This document shows, piece after piece, positions 15,762-32,134 of a DNA stretch of 64,000 nt; the first letter of the stretch is position 1, and every line of letters begins with the position of its first letter. The position numbers and the translations under genes are program-made. The notes under the pieces were generated by a model. The model was not told where the DNA came from, did not search any database, and saw only the letters and a list, made by a program, of their open reading frames with translations. The stretch comes from the human T2T-CHM13v2.0 reference genome, Homo sapiens: NCBI RefSeq assembly GCF_009914755.1, contig NC_060925.1; one strand, 5' to 3'.

Positions 15762-16704
15762 TCACATCAGAGGGAGAACCCTGTTGGAGAAACAGTGAGG
15801 GGGAAACCCATTGGCAGAAGGAAACATGGAATAAGTGAGTTTCGTCGGAGGGGGGAACATAGAATGAGGGGGAACAGCAGCCTGAGGGGTAAATGCCTCT
15901 GGAGGGGGGAACACAGAGTGAGGGGGCACAGCAGCCTGAGGGGGAAATGCCTCTGGAGGGGGGAACACAGAGTGAGGGGGCACAGCAGTCTGAGGGGGAA
16001 ATGCCTCTGGAGGGGGGAACACAGAGTGAGGGGGGACAGAGGCCTGAGGGGGAAATGCCTCCGGAGGGGGGGACACAGAGTGAGGGGGGACAGAGGCCTG
16101 AGGGGGAAATGCCTCCGGAGGGGGGGACACAGAGTGAGGGGGGACAGAGGCCTGAGGGGGAAATGCCTCCGGAGGGGGGAACACAGAGTGAGGGGGGACA
16201 GAGGCCTGAGGGGGAAATGCCTCTGGAGGGGGGAACACAGAGTGAGGGGGGACAGAGGCCTGAGGGGGAAATACCTCTGGAGGGGGGAACACAGAATGAG
16301 GGGGGATAGCAGTTTGTGGGGGGAACACAGATTGAGAGGGAAGCAGGCTTGTCTGTTCTTCCACAGATGCAAATGTCTCTAACTGTTCCGTAGGCGCAGA
16401 GGACAAGGCTGCAGCCTCCCCGTCCTCTGGTGGGAGGATTTCTTCCTGCTTTTTCTTCAGGCCAGTGGCCTCCCTCACCTCAGGTGGGGGGATCTCTTCC
16501 TTCTCTTCCTTCAGGTCCATAGTCTCCTCCTCAGGTGGGGGGATTTTCTCCACCTCTTCCTTCAGGTTCACAGTCTCCTCTTCCTCGGATGAGGAGATTT
16601 TCTCCACCTCTTTCTTCAGGTCTGTGGCCTCCCCCTCTTTGGGCTGGGAGAGTTCCTTCTCTTCCTTCAGACCAGGGGTCTCCTCCACCTCAGGTCGGCA
16701 ATTA
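15762..16704 (-). CDS. Candidate nested antisense gene, large terminal coding exon (Glu-rich repeats, then Pro-rich repeats)
   Basis: 943-nt stop-free frame in non-TE sequence with no upstream in-frame ATG. Acceptor atatttag| at 16705/16704 follows an AG-free zone of about 60 nt with a pyrimidine tract and a ctcAt branch candidate. Its phase matches the 17571 donor. Confidence 0.6.
15848..16335. repeat. 54-bp G-rich minisatellite, about 8 full units plus partial ones, each unit made of three 18-bp subunits
   Basis: Repeats such as ggaacacagagtgaggggggacagaggcctgagggggaaatgcctc are directly visible. On the minus strand they translate as (SVFPPP-EAFPPQ-ASVPPH)n. Confidence 0.95.
16415..16695. 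repeat. Diverged 51-54-bp tandem repeat (about 5 units) encoding acidic E-x-E-x-x-x-LK[EK]E-x-E-x-I-[PS]3 units on the minus strand
   Basis: Recurring cttcagg/cttcaga anchors at 51-54-nt spacing. Unit lengths differ only by whole codons. Confidence 0.8.
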
Positions 16705-16864
16705 CTAAATATTTGATCATAAGAGTTGGGGAGGATGAGGGGAAACCAAGTAGTTCATTAAATGCCTAGTGAGACTTTAAGTAAACACAACCATTTGGCG
16801 ACTTAGGAAGTTCTAGTAACTTTAATGGTGATGCAATACCCATCACCAGCAATTCCAGATCTAG

Positions 16865-17231
<367 letters not shown>

Positions 17232-17570
17232 AAGAAGGAGCATAAGTTTAAAGGACCTGCAAGCATAAATTTAACCCACCTCCCCCATGTTGGAGGGCCG
17301 GGGCACCAGACACATTTCCAGGCCTCTGGGTCTAGCGGGACATGAGAGAAAAGTTTGCTGATCTGAGTAATGCAAAATGCAAGACCACAGCTGCAGATCT
17401 TAGGATTGGAGCTGGCCCCACCCAGGTGAAAGGACTCCAAACACTACAGCTCTGAAGCACATTCAAGTTACAGATACTTTAATGCCTATTGTCCGGGTAA
17501 GGACCTCAGAGTCCCTGTGCCTTCCCCAGAAGGAATCCCTTTCCTTCCCCTCTCCTCTATCCACTCTGAC

Positions 17571-17723
17571 CTGCATGTATTCATATCTGCCTCCCACACT
17601 AGATGACATTGGCTGCAAGCTCTCTGGAGGGCAGGGAACCTTTGCTCCCACTGGGTTTCCTCTGCCCCCATCTCTATTCTCAGAACCTTTCGCAGAAGTT
17701 TACAGCCAGGAGTGTAAGATTTA
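17571..17723 (-). CDS. Candidate nested antisense gene, first coding exon (ATG 17671; MGAEETQWEQRFPALQRACSQCHLVWEADMNTC)
   Basis: On the minus strand: acceptor ctcttttttaaaag|, strong Kozak GAGATGG, donor CAG|gtcaga at 17571/17570. The coding part is 101 nt and ends in phase 2. Confidence 0.55.
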
Positions 17724-17743
17724 CTTTTAAAAAAGAGCAAACT

Positions 17744-18048
17744 GCCCGGGCACGGTGGCTCACACCTGTAATCCCAGCACTTTGAGAGGCCGAGGCAGGC
17801 GGATCACGTGAGGTTAGGAGTTTAAGACCAGCCTGGCCAAGATGGTGAAACCCCGTCTCTACCAAAAATACAAAAAATAGCCGGGCGTGGTGGCGGGCGC
17901 CTGTAGTCCCAGCTACTTGGGTGGCTGAGGCAGAGAATTGCCTGAATCCGGGAGGCAGAGATTGCAGTGAGCCGAGATTGCGCCACGGCACTCCAGCCTG
18001 GGCGACACAGCGAGACTCCATCTCAAAAAAAAAAAAAAAAAAAAAAAA
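17744..18048 (+). mobile_element. Full-length Alu with 15-bp TSD AAAAAAGAGCAAACT
   Basis: TSD at 17729-17743 and 18043-18057, at a TT|AAAA L1-endonuclease site. Confidence 0.93.
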
Positions 18049-18110
18049 GAGCAAACTTCTCATTAGACTCTTTGCCTTCCCCAAAGCACACAAACATCTC
18101 CCAGCCTTAC

Positions 18111-18240
18111 CTCTGTGTTGTTCAGTCAGTCCCTGATGGTGATGGTGGAAGAGCTCTTCAGTGGCGGGGCTGAGCCAGCTCACAGACCATATCTCAGAGT
18201 TGAACTTACATGAACTCAAAGCTGAACACACCCTTTGGAG
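18111..18240 (-). other. Possible upstream non-coding exon of the candidate antisense gene (5' boundary unknown)
   Basis: Consensus donor GAG|gtaagg at 18111/18110 and a second donor CAT|gtaagt at 18210/18209. No open frame joins the downstream ORF, so it would be 5' UTR. Confidence 0.35.
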
Positions 18241-18980
18241 ATCAGATTATCCCCTTTCACAAGTCAAAGCCCCAGGAAGGTTTAACTCTGCTGCCTATCA
18301 AGTTACTTGCCGATCACCTCTTAAGACAGAAGGGCTTGATGGGGATTTCTTAGAGCTGTAAAGTCTAAAAGTCATTCTTTTTTTTTTTTTCTTTTTTTTT
18401 GAGACAGGGTCTCACTCTGTTGCCCAGGCTGGAATCCAGTGTCACGATCATGGCGTGCTGTAGCCTCAACCTCCCGGGCTCGGGTGATCATCCCACCTCA
18501 GCCTCCCAAATAGCTGGGGCTACAGTCATGAACCACCACGCCCAGCTAATTTTTGTATTTTTTGTAGAGTCAGGGTCTCACCATGTTGCTCAGGGTGGTC
18601 TCGAACTCCTGGGCTCATGTGATCTGCCTGCCTGGGCCTCCCAAAGTGTTAGGATTACAGGCATGAGCCACCTTGCCCAGCCTAAAGTCATTCTTAAGGT
18701 GACATATTTGTGCTCTCCTTGTCTTCCTGCAAAAGACCAAGCTGTCAGTGAAAGTCCATCACGTTTCTCATTCAGCCCCTTGGATTCCACTTCTACAAAA
18801 TAGGCAGAAGCGTGGACAACCCCAAGTGTCCTGGGTGGGTCTCTAAGATTCAGTATTATCAGTTTTTTTCATTTCGGGGTGGAGGAGTGAACAAAATGAC
18901 TTCAGGTTTTAGAGGGATGTGAGTTTTTCCATAAGACGATGCTACAGAAGTGTTTTTATACTTTGCAGCTAGACTTTTTA

Positions 18981-19307
<327 letters not shown>

Positions 19308-19924
19308 CTATGACTTTGGTTTTACCATTTGTATGGTGGATTTCATGGACTCTTGAAAGGATAATCTCTTTCTAAAAGGCAATGAGCTGGTCTCGGTGGT
19401 TCACGCCTGTATTCCCAGCTACTGAGAAGGCTGAAGTGGGAGGATCACTTGAGTCCAGGAGTTCAAGGCTGCAGTGAGCTATGATCGCACCACTGCACTC
19501 CACCCTGGGTGAGAGAGCAAGACCTCATCTCTAAAAATAAAATAAAAGCTAGACAGCTTTCTTCCTAGAAAGCTAGGAAGGTTTCTAGGAAGTGGGGGTG
19601 AGGTGGTGGGTGTGTTATGCCTCCCACCCCTCAGGCTGTCTCCTTGCAGTACCCTGGAGAGTGAAGTACCCCGGAGAGTGAAGTACCCCCTGGTGCCAAG
19701 CACATGCCATCATGATGGTCTGCTCTACTTGCATCTTCTTGTCCCACTGTCCCTCTGCCCCTCCCCTTCCCATGCTCCAAATATGGCCTATAAACTCTGT
19801 TGCCTCACACAAGGTGATTTGCCTCACACCACAGTTAGGAGTACAAGATTCTAGATTTGGATTTAAATCCTGGCTTTACCCCTTACTACCTGTGTGACTT
19901 AACCTCCCTGCTTCAGGTTCCTCA

Positions 19925-20681
<757 letters not shown>

Positions 20682-22012
20682 TGAATAAATGAGCGAGTAA
20701 AGGAAGGAGCAGGCTGCTGTCACATCTTGGCATTTGACGATACCTTAAAAAAAAACACTATTTTAGTGACTTTCTTCCTCAGCCCCATAAGGACAGTCTG
20801 TTTCATGGTCAGCTGACAACAGTACCCGTGTAACTTCCCACAAAGCATAGGACTCCCCTCCACTACATCCTGAATTGATTAATTTCAAGCCTCTATCTGA
20901 ATGCTTGCTCCACTGAGGTGCTCATGTCCTAGCAAACTGTGCCATTCCATTCCATAACTGCCTTGTTACTTTTTTTTTTTCTCCTTTAAGAACCCAACAC
21001 CTATCTCCTTGTAACCTCCATCAGTCTCACCCTGCTCTGTGGAAATTCAGAAAATTGAGTCCCAAAAAGCAACCACAGAAAATTGAGTCCCATAATCCCT
21101 ATTCCTTATGACAGTTTTAGATTCGCTCATTCACTCCACAATTATTAAGCAATTGTTATGTGCTAGACACATTAGCATTGTGCTGAGGAGAAGCAGTCCT
21201 GATCCTCATGGATCCTGTGATTGGGTGGGAAATACAGTCAACATGCACATAGATGCTAATCACCATAATTTGTGAGAAATACTTGGAGAGTGCTATGGAG
21301 AGGAAAACAGGAGAAATTAAACACGGATGGTCAAAGCAGGCTTGTAGAAGGGAAGTGACATTTAAGCTGATGCCAGGCACGCTGGTTTGGGGGATGGGGG
21401 GAATTCCCCGCCTGGAGAGGGAACTGGAATGTGGGGTGGAGTCGAGAGAGAGACAGGATTAGAGGAGTAGGCTATGGAGGGAACTTTATATGCATAATTA
21501 AAGTCTGAATTTTATTCCAAGTCCAAAGGGAAAACACTACAAGGTTTTAAGCAGGGGAGTGCCGATACCCGTTTTATATTTGAAAAGGTAACTGGCTAAC
21601 GTGTGGGAATGAGGTGAGACAAAGGTGAATGGGGATTCCAGCTAACAGGCACTTGATGATGAACTGAATTAGGATGGTCACCTGTAGATGGAAAGTAAAG
21701 TTTTGAGAAGGATTTTGGAGGTAGAATCCAGGGGACTTGATGGATTACGTACAGCAAGCAGGAGTGGAGGGATCAGATATTCAGAGAGCGATCAGCTATA
21801 TGGCTGGCATCCTAGCATCCTTTCCAGTTAGACAGGCACCAGCCAGCACACCAGTATTTTCACTATTTCACCCAGTATATTTCTAACTTGGCATCTGGAG
21901 GTGCCATTTACTAAAATGAGGAAAACTAGAAGAAAAGTGAATTGAAGGAGATGAATTGTTAGATCAAAAGTTTGAATATTGTGTTAATTTTGATACATCT
22001 TTGAGATATTAA

Positions 22013-22396
<384 letters not shown>

Positions 22397-22780
22397 TAAA
22401 GCTGTGGGAATGTACATGCTGTCACTTGAGCCTGAGTGTGCAAGTGGATAATGGGCCCAGGACTGCACCATGAGAGATGAATGGAAGAAGAGCAAAGAGA
22501 TGGAGAAACAGGCCCCTGCAGAAGGAAAGCCAGAAGAGTGTGGGTCATGGAAGTTTGGGTGGGAGATGGGGATGGAAGCTGGAGTGGGGTAGGTTTATAA
22601 AGATGGTGGACTTCAAGAGTAGGGAGGATAAAAGAGTTCATGGACAAGTTAACCTTCCAGTACACTTGCTGTGGAAGAGAGCAGAAAGCTGGTGCTAAGA
22701 GGAGAGACTTTTCGGGGCAGGGAGAAATCTATCGTTTCCTCCTTTAATCTTTCGTCCTAAATATTTCCCAATTCATTCCG

Positions 22781-22967
22781 TCATTCTTCATGCAGTGGTA
22801 TTTCCAGAAGATTCTATAACTTGGACATAGCAGTGTTTTCCCCAGAATAGGATGCTTCACCCAAAATGTGTTCTCATTCTTCATACAGTGGTACTTCCAG
22901 AAGATTCTGTAACTTGGACATAGCAGTGTTTTCCCCAGAATAGGATGCTTCACCCAAAATGTGTTCT
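22781..22967. repeat. 93-bp tandem duplication (2 copies, 3 substitutions)
   Basis: tcattcttcat...cccaaaatgtgttc starts at 22781 and again at 22874. Confidence 0.93.
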
Positions 22968-23385
22968 GGGGCAGGCCTATTTTCTTTCTTTTTCTGCTCT
23001 ACTTAACAGATGAAGCTTAATTTAGCATTTTAGGCAGCTGTGCCCTCTGTTGGCCTTTTCTGAAATTGCAATCAAGTCGAGCTTTGCATTGCTGGCAGAC
23101 AAAGTTCCCTCTGTATTTGTGCAGTGAGAATTATAACCCAGAAGCAGAGGTAACCAAGGAGCTCTTGAGAAAGTATCTCTGGTAACTAGTTGAGGTGGAA
23201 GACAACTCCAGGATAAGGAGGCAAAACAGACTTTTATGATTCCCATTTAATAGATGAGGAAGCTGAAACTCACATATGGCATTGATAAGAGGCTGAAACT
23301 GAACTCTGGAACTCCATCCTGAGTCCTGTTGTGGACTCCCAGAGCTATACTATATTTCTTCTAAATGCTCTAGAATGTTATTTGC

Positions 23386-23450
<65 letters not shown>
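23386..23450. repeat. A-run followed by (TA)n microsatellite
   Basis: Directly visible. Confidence 0.97.
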
Positions 23451-23454
<4 letters not shown>

Positions 23455-24347
23455 GCAGAATACAAAGTGCCATTATTCTACTATACCTTTGTTTTTGTTT
23501 GTGGGTTTATTTTTATCTTATTTTATTTTTGAGACAGTTTTACTCTGGAGTGCAGTGATACGATCTCTGCTTATTGCAACCTCTGCCTCCCAAGTAGCTG
23601 GGACTCCAGGCCTGTGCCACCACACCGGCTAATTTCTTTTGTACTTTTAGTAGAGACAGAGTTTTGCCATGTTACCCAGGCTGGTCTTGAACTCCTGAGC
23701 TCAAGTGATCCGCCCACCTCGGCTTCCAAAAGTGCTAGGATTACAGGTGCGAGCCACCGTGCACAGCCTATTCTACTATACCTTTGTTTAGGACTATCTA
23801 AGAGGCAAATCTCAGGGAGTCAGAGATATTCATCCATTCTTTCATTCACCAGTTATTTACTGAGCACCTGCTATGTGCTAGGCACTCTTCTATGTGATGG
23901 GGAATACAGGAGTGAACAAAGCAGACAAACTTCCTGCCCTTACATTCTAATATGAAGTGATAGACAATAAATAAGATAAACAAGGTAAGATGTATGCAGT
24001 TCATTAGATAGTGATGGTGGTAAGAAGGAAACAGGCCAGGTAAGGTGGCTCACACCTGTAATCCTCCTTACTTTTGGAGCCAAGGTGGGAGGATTACTTG
24101 AGCCCAGGAGTTTAAGACCAGCCTGAGCAACACAGTGAGACACTGTCGCTACAAAAAATAAAAAGTTAGCTGGGCATGGTGGTGCATGCCGGTAGTCCCA
24201 GCTACTTGGAGGATGAGGTGAGGGGATCTCTTGAGCCCAGGAGGTCAAGGCTGCAGTGAGCTGAGATCATACCACTGCACTCCAGCCTGGGTGACAGAGC
24301 AAGTCCCTGTCTCAAAAAATAAAGAAAAGGCCAGGTGCAGTGGCTCA

Positions 24348-24719
<372 letters not shown>

Positions 24720-25210
24720 TTAGAGTGGCCAGGGAAGGTGGCTCAAAGGCCTCAGAGTAGTGAAGAAGCCAACCACACAGATGCCAAATACAGAACGTGC
24801 CAGGCAGAAGGCACAGCGGTTAAAGTGCTGAGGTGGGGATGCGTCTGGCATGTGAGAGAAACAGTGAGGAGGCCGGCACAATGGGGCGGAGAGAATGCCA
24901 AGGAGAATGTTAGGGGAGAGGCAGAGATGTCACAGGACACATCACTGCAGATGACCCTAGAGGTTACAGGAAGGACTTCAGTGATGGTCCAAGAGAGTCG
25001 AGTTTCCTTTGGACAGTTTTAAGCAAAAGATTGGAATAATCTGCTCCATTGTAACAGAAACATCCTAGCCGCTATGGATGGAGGGGCTGAAGCGAGAAGA
25101 CCAGTGAGAAGGCTAGAAATAATTTCATAGAAAAACGAATAGAATTTTACTGGCTGCGGTGGCTCACGCCTGTAATCCCTGCACTCTGGGAGGCCAAGGC
25201 AGGCAGATCA

Positions 25211-25775
<565 letters not shown>

Positions 25776-26149
25776 TCAGGGATTATCATCACTTAGATGG
25801 CATTTACATTCATGAGATGGATGGGATGGGATATGGGATGGGATGGAATGGGAGACAATGGGATGGGATAATATGTTTAATGGAAAAGATAAGAAGCTCA
25901 AGGACTAAGCCCTGTGGCCCTCAGTTAGAGGTTTAAATAATAGAAGGAATGGCCAGAAGTGGTGGAAAATAAACTAGTGAATTGTGGTGTCATGGAAGCC
26001 AAACGAAGAAATGAAGAAAATAGTTGAAGGCCGGGCACAGGAGCACATGCCTATCTATAATCCCAACACTTTGGGATATCGAGACGGGCGGATCACTTGA
26101 GCTCAGATGTTGGAGACCAGCCTGAGCAACATGGCAAAAACTCCCTCTA

Positions 26150-26885
<736 letters not shown>

Positions 26886-26937
26886 CTAATTCTCCCCTTC
26901 TTTATAATGAAATACCTTTTTTTCACTTTTTCCCCAG

Positions 26938-27044
26938 GTTGTAGCAGATACCAATATAAGCGCCATAGCAGCTCAGCTTGAAAACATGTCTACAGGCTAC
27001 CACCTTGGTTCGCCCACTGCTGAACACCATCCAGAAGACACAGA
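26938..27044 (+). CDS. PATJ: PATJ coding exon, linker ([36 protein letters not shown])
   Basis: Long pyrimidine tract ending ccccag|, donor AGA|gtgagt, 107 nt ending in phase 2. In frame with the exon ending at 7428. Confidence 0.94.
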
Positions 27045-27474
27045 GTGAGTATTTCAGATGCAGAGGGCCTATTATGCATGTGGGCAAAGCTCGGAAGAAC
27101 TTTTCCAGACACTCAAGTGCACTCTAAAGGAGAAGTGGCCAAAGCGCCCGTGACTTTTTCTAAATTCTAGGGAATCCTTATTTCTCACAAGGCTTAATTC
27201 CACCACATGAGTTCTTGAAAGACCATTGTTGCAGGGCCTGCACACACACTGCATCTGGTCACTTTGACACAGTGCCTATGCCTGCTTCCCTAAGAAACCA
27301 CGGATGTATAGCCCAGGTGCATGCTGCTTTATTGTGCAAGGAACCACATTTCCTGAACTTCTAGGCTAAAATCTTGTTCTGAGATGAAATCTTGTTGTTA
27401 TACTTGCTGACATGTTTCATTAAAACCAGTCATCGCAGTTAAAGTCGTTCATTAAAGCAGGGTTTCTCAAACTA

Positions 27475-27780
<306 letters not shown>

Positions 27781-29631
27781 TCAAAAAAAAAAAAAAAAAA
27801 GAGGAGTAATCTAGGGAGCATGTTTAAAGATGCGAATTCCCCAGGCCACATCCCAAAATTCTGACTAGGTGGTCTGTGGTGGATTCCAGAAACCTGATGT
27901 TAACAAGTTTCCCAGAGTGATTCTGCTACAGATGGGCAAAGGATCTACACTTTGAGAAATGCTGCCTAAAGCTATTCCTCTCAGGTACCAGCAGTGCCTG
28001 GTCACTAGTAGGTGCTCAATAAATGTTTGTTGACAGATCTGGATGGTTCATTTGAAGGATCTCATGGTCATAGCCCGTCCCAATTTTTTCCTGGTAGTTC
28101 CCCACCTAAATGACATCTTTGAGTTTATTTTTCTTGAGGAAAGAATATTAAATTAAGCTCATTCTACCTTTTTCTCATTATAAAAGTTAATACATGCATG
28201 CCATGAACATATGACAACACATAGAAATATAACATTTTTCAAATTACGGTGGCCTTTTCCTTAAAAAAAAAAAAAATCAGGACCTTTATAGGAAGTACAG
28301 CGTACCTTTAGCATCCTTTGATGTGGCTATGGAAATACAGAGATCCCCTTGTAATCTTAATTCCTTTGCTATAATTCCATGCCTCTGGCAGGCTGGGAAC
28401 CACAAGCTTAAAGGAATTTAAAAATCACTCATAATCCCACCACTGCTAACACTGGGATTTTTTTTTTTTTTACTAGCCTTCTATATGAAAGTAAATTTAA
28501 ACTAATTGGTTGAAAATGTTATGATATTGTGAGATCAATAGAGGCAAATTCCATCTGATGTTGCCAGTTGAGGAGTAGAGCCACACTCCTCCCTCTTCCC
28601 CTGAAAACATGTCCCTGAGTATAGATAGGCACAATTATAAGGGTCTTTAATGATTTGATGGCCGCAGGAGGTAGCTCTAAAGCAATGGCTTTGGGCATCT
28701 AGCTTCTCATTCCAGTATCTTTGGAAATGGGGGCTGTGTTTGAAAGAAGAAACATGAATCGAATTTGTATCCAGCTGGTGAGCTGTTACTGAGAGTGCTT
28801 GTAAGGCCACAAAGTGGGGAAAAGTAGAGCCTTATTCATGAGTCATAATCATTCACCTATAGGGGGCAATTCATCAGTATCTCAACAGATATTTATTGAG
28901 CACCATTCTAAGGCCAGACACTTAGATACAAGTGCTAGGTCCTGAGGACTCAAACTTAGAAATGTAAGTAAAGATATTGCCCCAGTCCCCAGAGAGCTGC
29001 CAGAGAAGTGGAAAAACAGACCCATAAATCCATAGTTATAAAAGATAACTGTAGGAGAGCTAAATTCATTGAGAGAGGGTCCTGTGAAACCATGGATATG
29101 GGGCATAACTCAGTTAAGGAGTGTAGTTGGAGAAGCTGATGCTTAAGCTTAAGAGAACTGGAGCCAGTTTTAAGAGAACTGGATCCAGCATAGTGGTGCA
29201 TGCTTGTAATCTCAGCTACTAAGGAGGCTGAGGCAGGAGGATCACTTGAACCCAGGAGTTTGAGGCTGCAACGGGCTGCAGTTGTGCCACTGTACTCCAG
29301 CCTAGGAGACAGAACAAGACCCTGTCTCAAGAAAAAAAAAAAAAAAAAAAAAAAAAGAATTGGAATAAACAGGTGGCATTCAAAATAGTTAAGTGTGGTG
29401 GCTCACTCCTGTAATCCCAGCACTTTGAGAGGCCAAGGCCTGGGCAACATGGTCAGACCCTGTGTTTATAAAAAAATGTAAAGACAAACAAAACAGTTAA
29501 AAACAGTTAACAAGGCCGGGCGTGGTGGCTTACGCCTGTAATCCCAGCACTTCGGGAGGCCGAGGTGGGCAGATCGCCTGAGGTCAGGAGTTCAAGACCA
29601 GCCTGACCATGGAGAAACCCCATCTCTACTA

Positions 29632-29790
<159 letters not shown>

Positions 29791-30030
29791 TCAAAAAACA
29801 AAACAACAACAACAAGAAAAAGAAATCAGTTAACAATTTATATAGCATAGATCGTCAGCAGTAACTGTGGATGTCTGCTGTAAACAAACAGTAAGTACAT
29901 CAACAAACAACTGGTAACAATGTGAACCAGCTGAAAACCCTTTAATAAACCCAGCAAAATTGGCCAGGCGGTGGCTCACGCCTGTAATCCCAGCACTTTG
30001 GGAGGCTGAGGCGGGCAGATCATGAGGTCA

Positions 30031-30303
<273 letters not shown>

Positions 30304-31197
30304 TTAAATAGAACAACATATTCAAAGATTGCTTGTGTCCCCATTTTGCAAATTTCTCTAAGTACATGAATGGCTGAGTTTATATGAGATGACTTCGCCT
30401 CTCAGACATGCATGTTGCCACAAAACAAAGGATGCTGCCAGTACACAAATATGAACTACCTATCATAAATAAGACAGGGTCTGGGTTTCTGCCTTTTGAG
30501 CAATAGCATTTGGGAATAAGAAATTGGCATCACCTAAACTTAGATTAAGATTAAATTACTGGGAGCCCACATAGGTAATTTAATTTTTAGCCATGTTGTT
30601 TCTGAGAGAGAAGACTTCCACACTGGATGAAGCTTTGAAAAGCTAAATTTTACATTTGAAACAGATTTTCTTTCTCCATTTTGTTTCACCTTGGTTTCTC
30701 TCTTCTCTCCTGGATTTCAGTTCTCATCTACACAGTCATGATCCTGAGTTTCTGACAAGCACCACACATGGTACTGGGAAGTCTCAGATGACTAAGACAA
30801 AGAGGTTATAGTCTGGTAGAGGAAATGGATGGCTAAGTAATTACAATATGATACAGTCAGTGCCAAAATGGAAATTTGGACTCAATGTAGGGGAAGCACA
30901 GAAAAGGCTGTGGGACCCATCCTCCCAAGGGAGGCAGGAGAGCCTCACATTGGAAGTGAGTTTGGAGAATGAGTTCCTGCCTTAGGTGGAAGTGGCCAGG
31001 GCGTTCCGGCAGAAAAGGAGCAGCAGTCTGAGTGCGGCAGCTCACGCCTGGAATCCCAGCACTTTGGGAGGCGTCAGGTGGATCACCTGAGGTCAGGAGT
31101 TCAAGACCAGCCTGGTCAACATGGCGAAACCTCATCTCTACTAAAAATACAAAACTTAGCTGGGCATGGTAGTACACGTGTGTAATCCCAGCTACTA

Positions 31198-31362
<165 letters not shown>

Positions 31363-32010
31363 TTATCTGTTATGGACAAGAGTTTATGTGAAGACTGGCA
31401 GTCTCCCACCACACTAGGAGACACGCTACCTCTGTCTCCATGCACATGCTTCAAGGATGTGACGACAGCTTCCTTCAGCTGTCAGCAGTAAGTTTAAAAG
31501 TTAAAAACTGGCCGGGTGCAGTGGCTCATGCCTGTAATCCCAGCACTTTGGGAGGTAGAGGCAGGCAGATCACTTGAGGTCAGGAGTTCGAGATCAGCCT
31601 GGCCAACATGGTGAAACCCCATCTCTACTAAAAATACAAAAATTAGCCAGGTATGGCACACACCCATAGTCCCAGCTCCGTCTCAAAAAAAGAAAAAAAA
31701 AAGAGTTAAAAACTAAGCATATAGAAGAGTGCTTTGACAATTTCAGCATCATGACTTTATCTTTAATTAGCAATCAGTGAGTTTTATGAAAGAGAAACCT
31801 CTAAAACATCAAGAATATTGGTGATTAATTAGCATGACATGAGAAGTTAGAAAATAACTTTCTAGATTGCTTTCTGAGAGTTTGATCTGATAAACCAAAC
31901 TTCATAGTTTTGCAGTATGAAAGTCTCTCTCAAATCTGTATTCTTCCAATTAAATGAAATTCCCTCTCAATATCTATTCTCGAATTAAACAGCATGCATT
32001 GTGTTTTCAG

Positions 32011-32134
32011 AACACCTCCACCTAAGATTATTACTTTGGAGAAAGGCTCTGAAGGCTTGGGGTTTAGTATTGTAGGGGGTTATGGAAGTCCCCATGGAGA
32101 CCTGCCAATTTATGTCAAGACTGTATTTGCAAAG
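32011..32134 (+). CDS. PATJ: PATJ 124-nt cassette exon, N-half of an additional C-terminal PDZ ([41 protein letters not shown])
   Basis: Acceptor gttttcag|, donor AAG|gtatat. Perfect GLGF motif, close to the recalled last PDZ of the paralogue MPDZ. Length is not a multiple of 3. Confidence 0.93.

Noticed and set aside
15848-16335. CRISPR-like or SVA-VNTR interpretation of the repeat array
   Set aside because: There are no unique spacers and the context is eukaryotic. There is also no CCCTCT hexamer, Alu-like or SINE-R segment, poly(A) tail or TSD.
15767-16382. Three other long ORFs over the minisatellite (201 aa minus; 195 and 138 aa plus)
   Set aside because: They are confined to the stop-free 54-bp repeat. 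Only the 15762-16704 frame extends through unique sequence and has matching splice signals.
17680-18231. 183-aa minus-strand ORF containing HHHH, overlapping the putative upstream exon
   Set aside because: It reads through an Alu, and splicing at 18111 puts it out of frame with the main ORF, reaching a stop at 17680.
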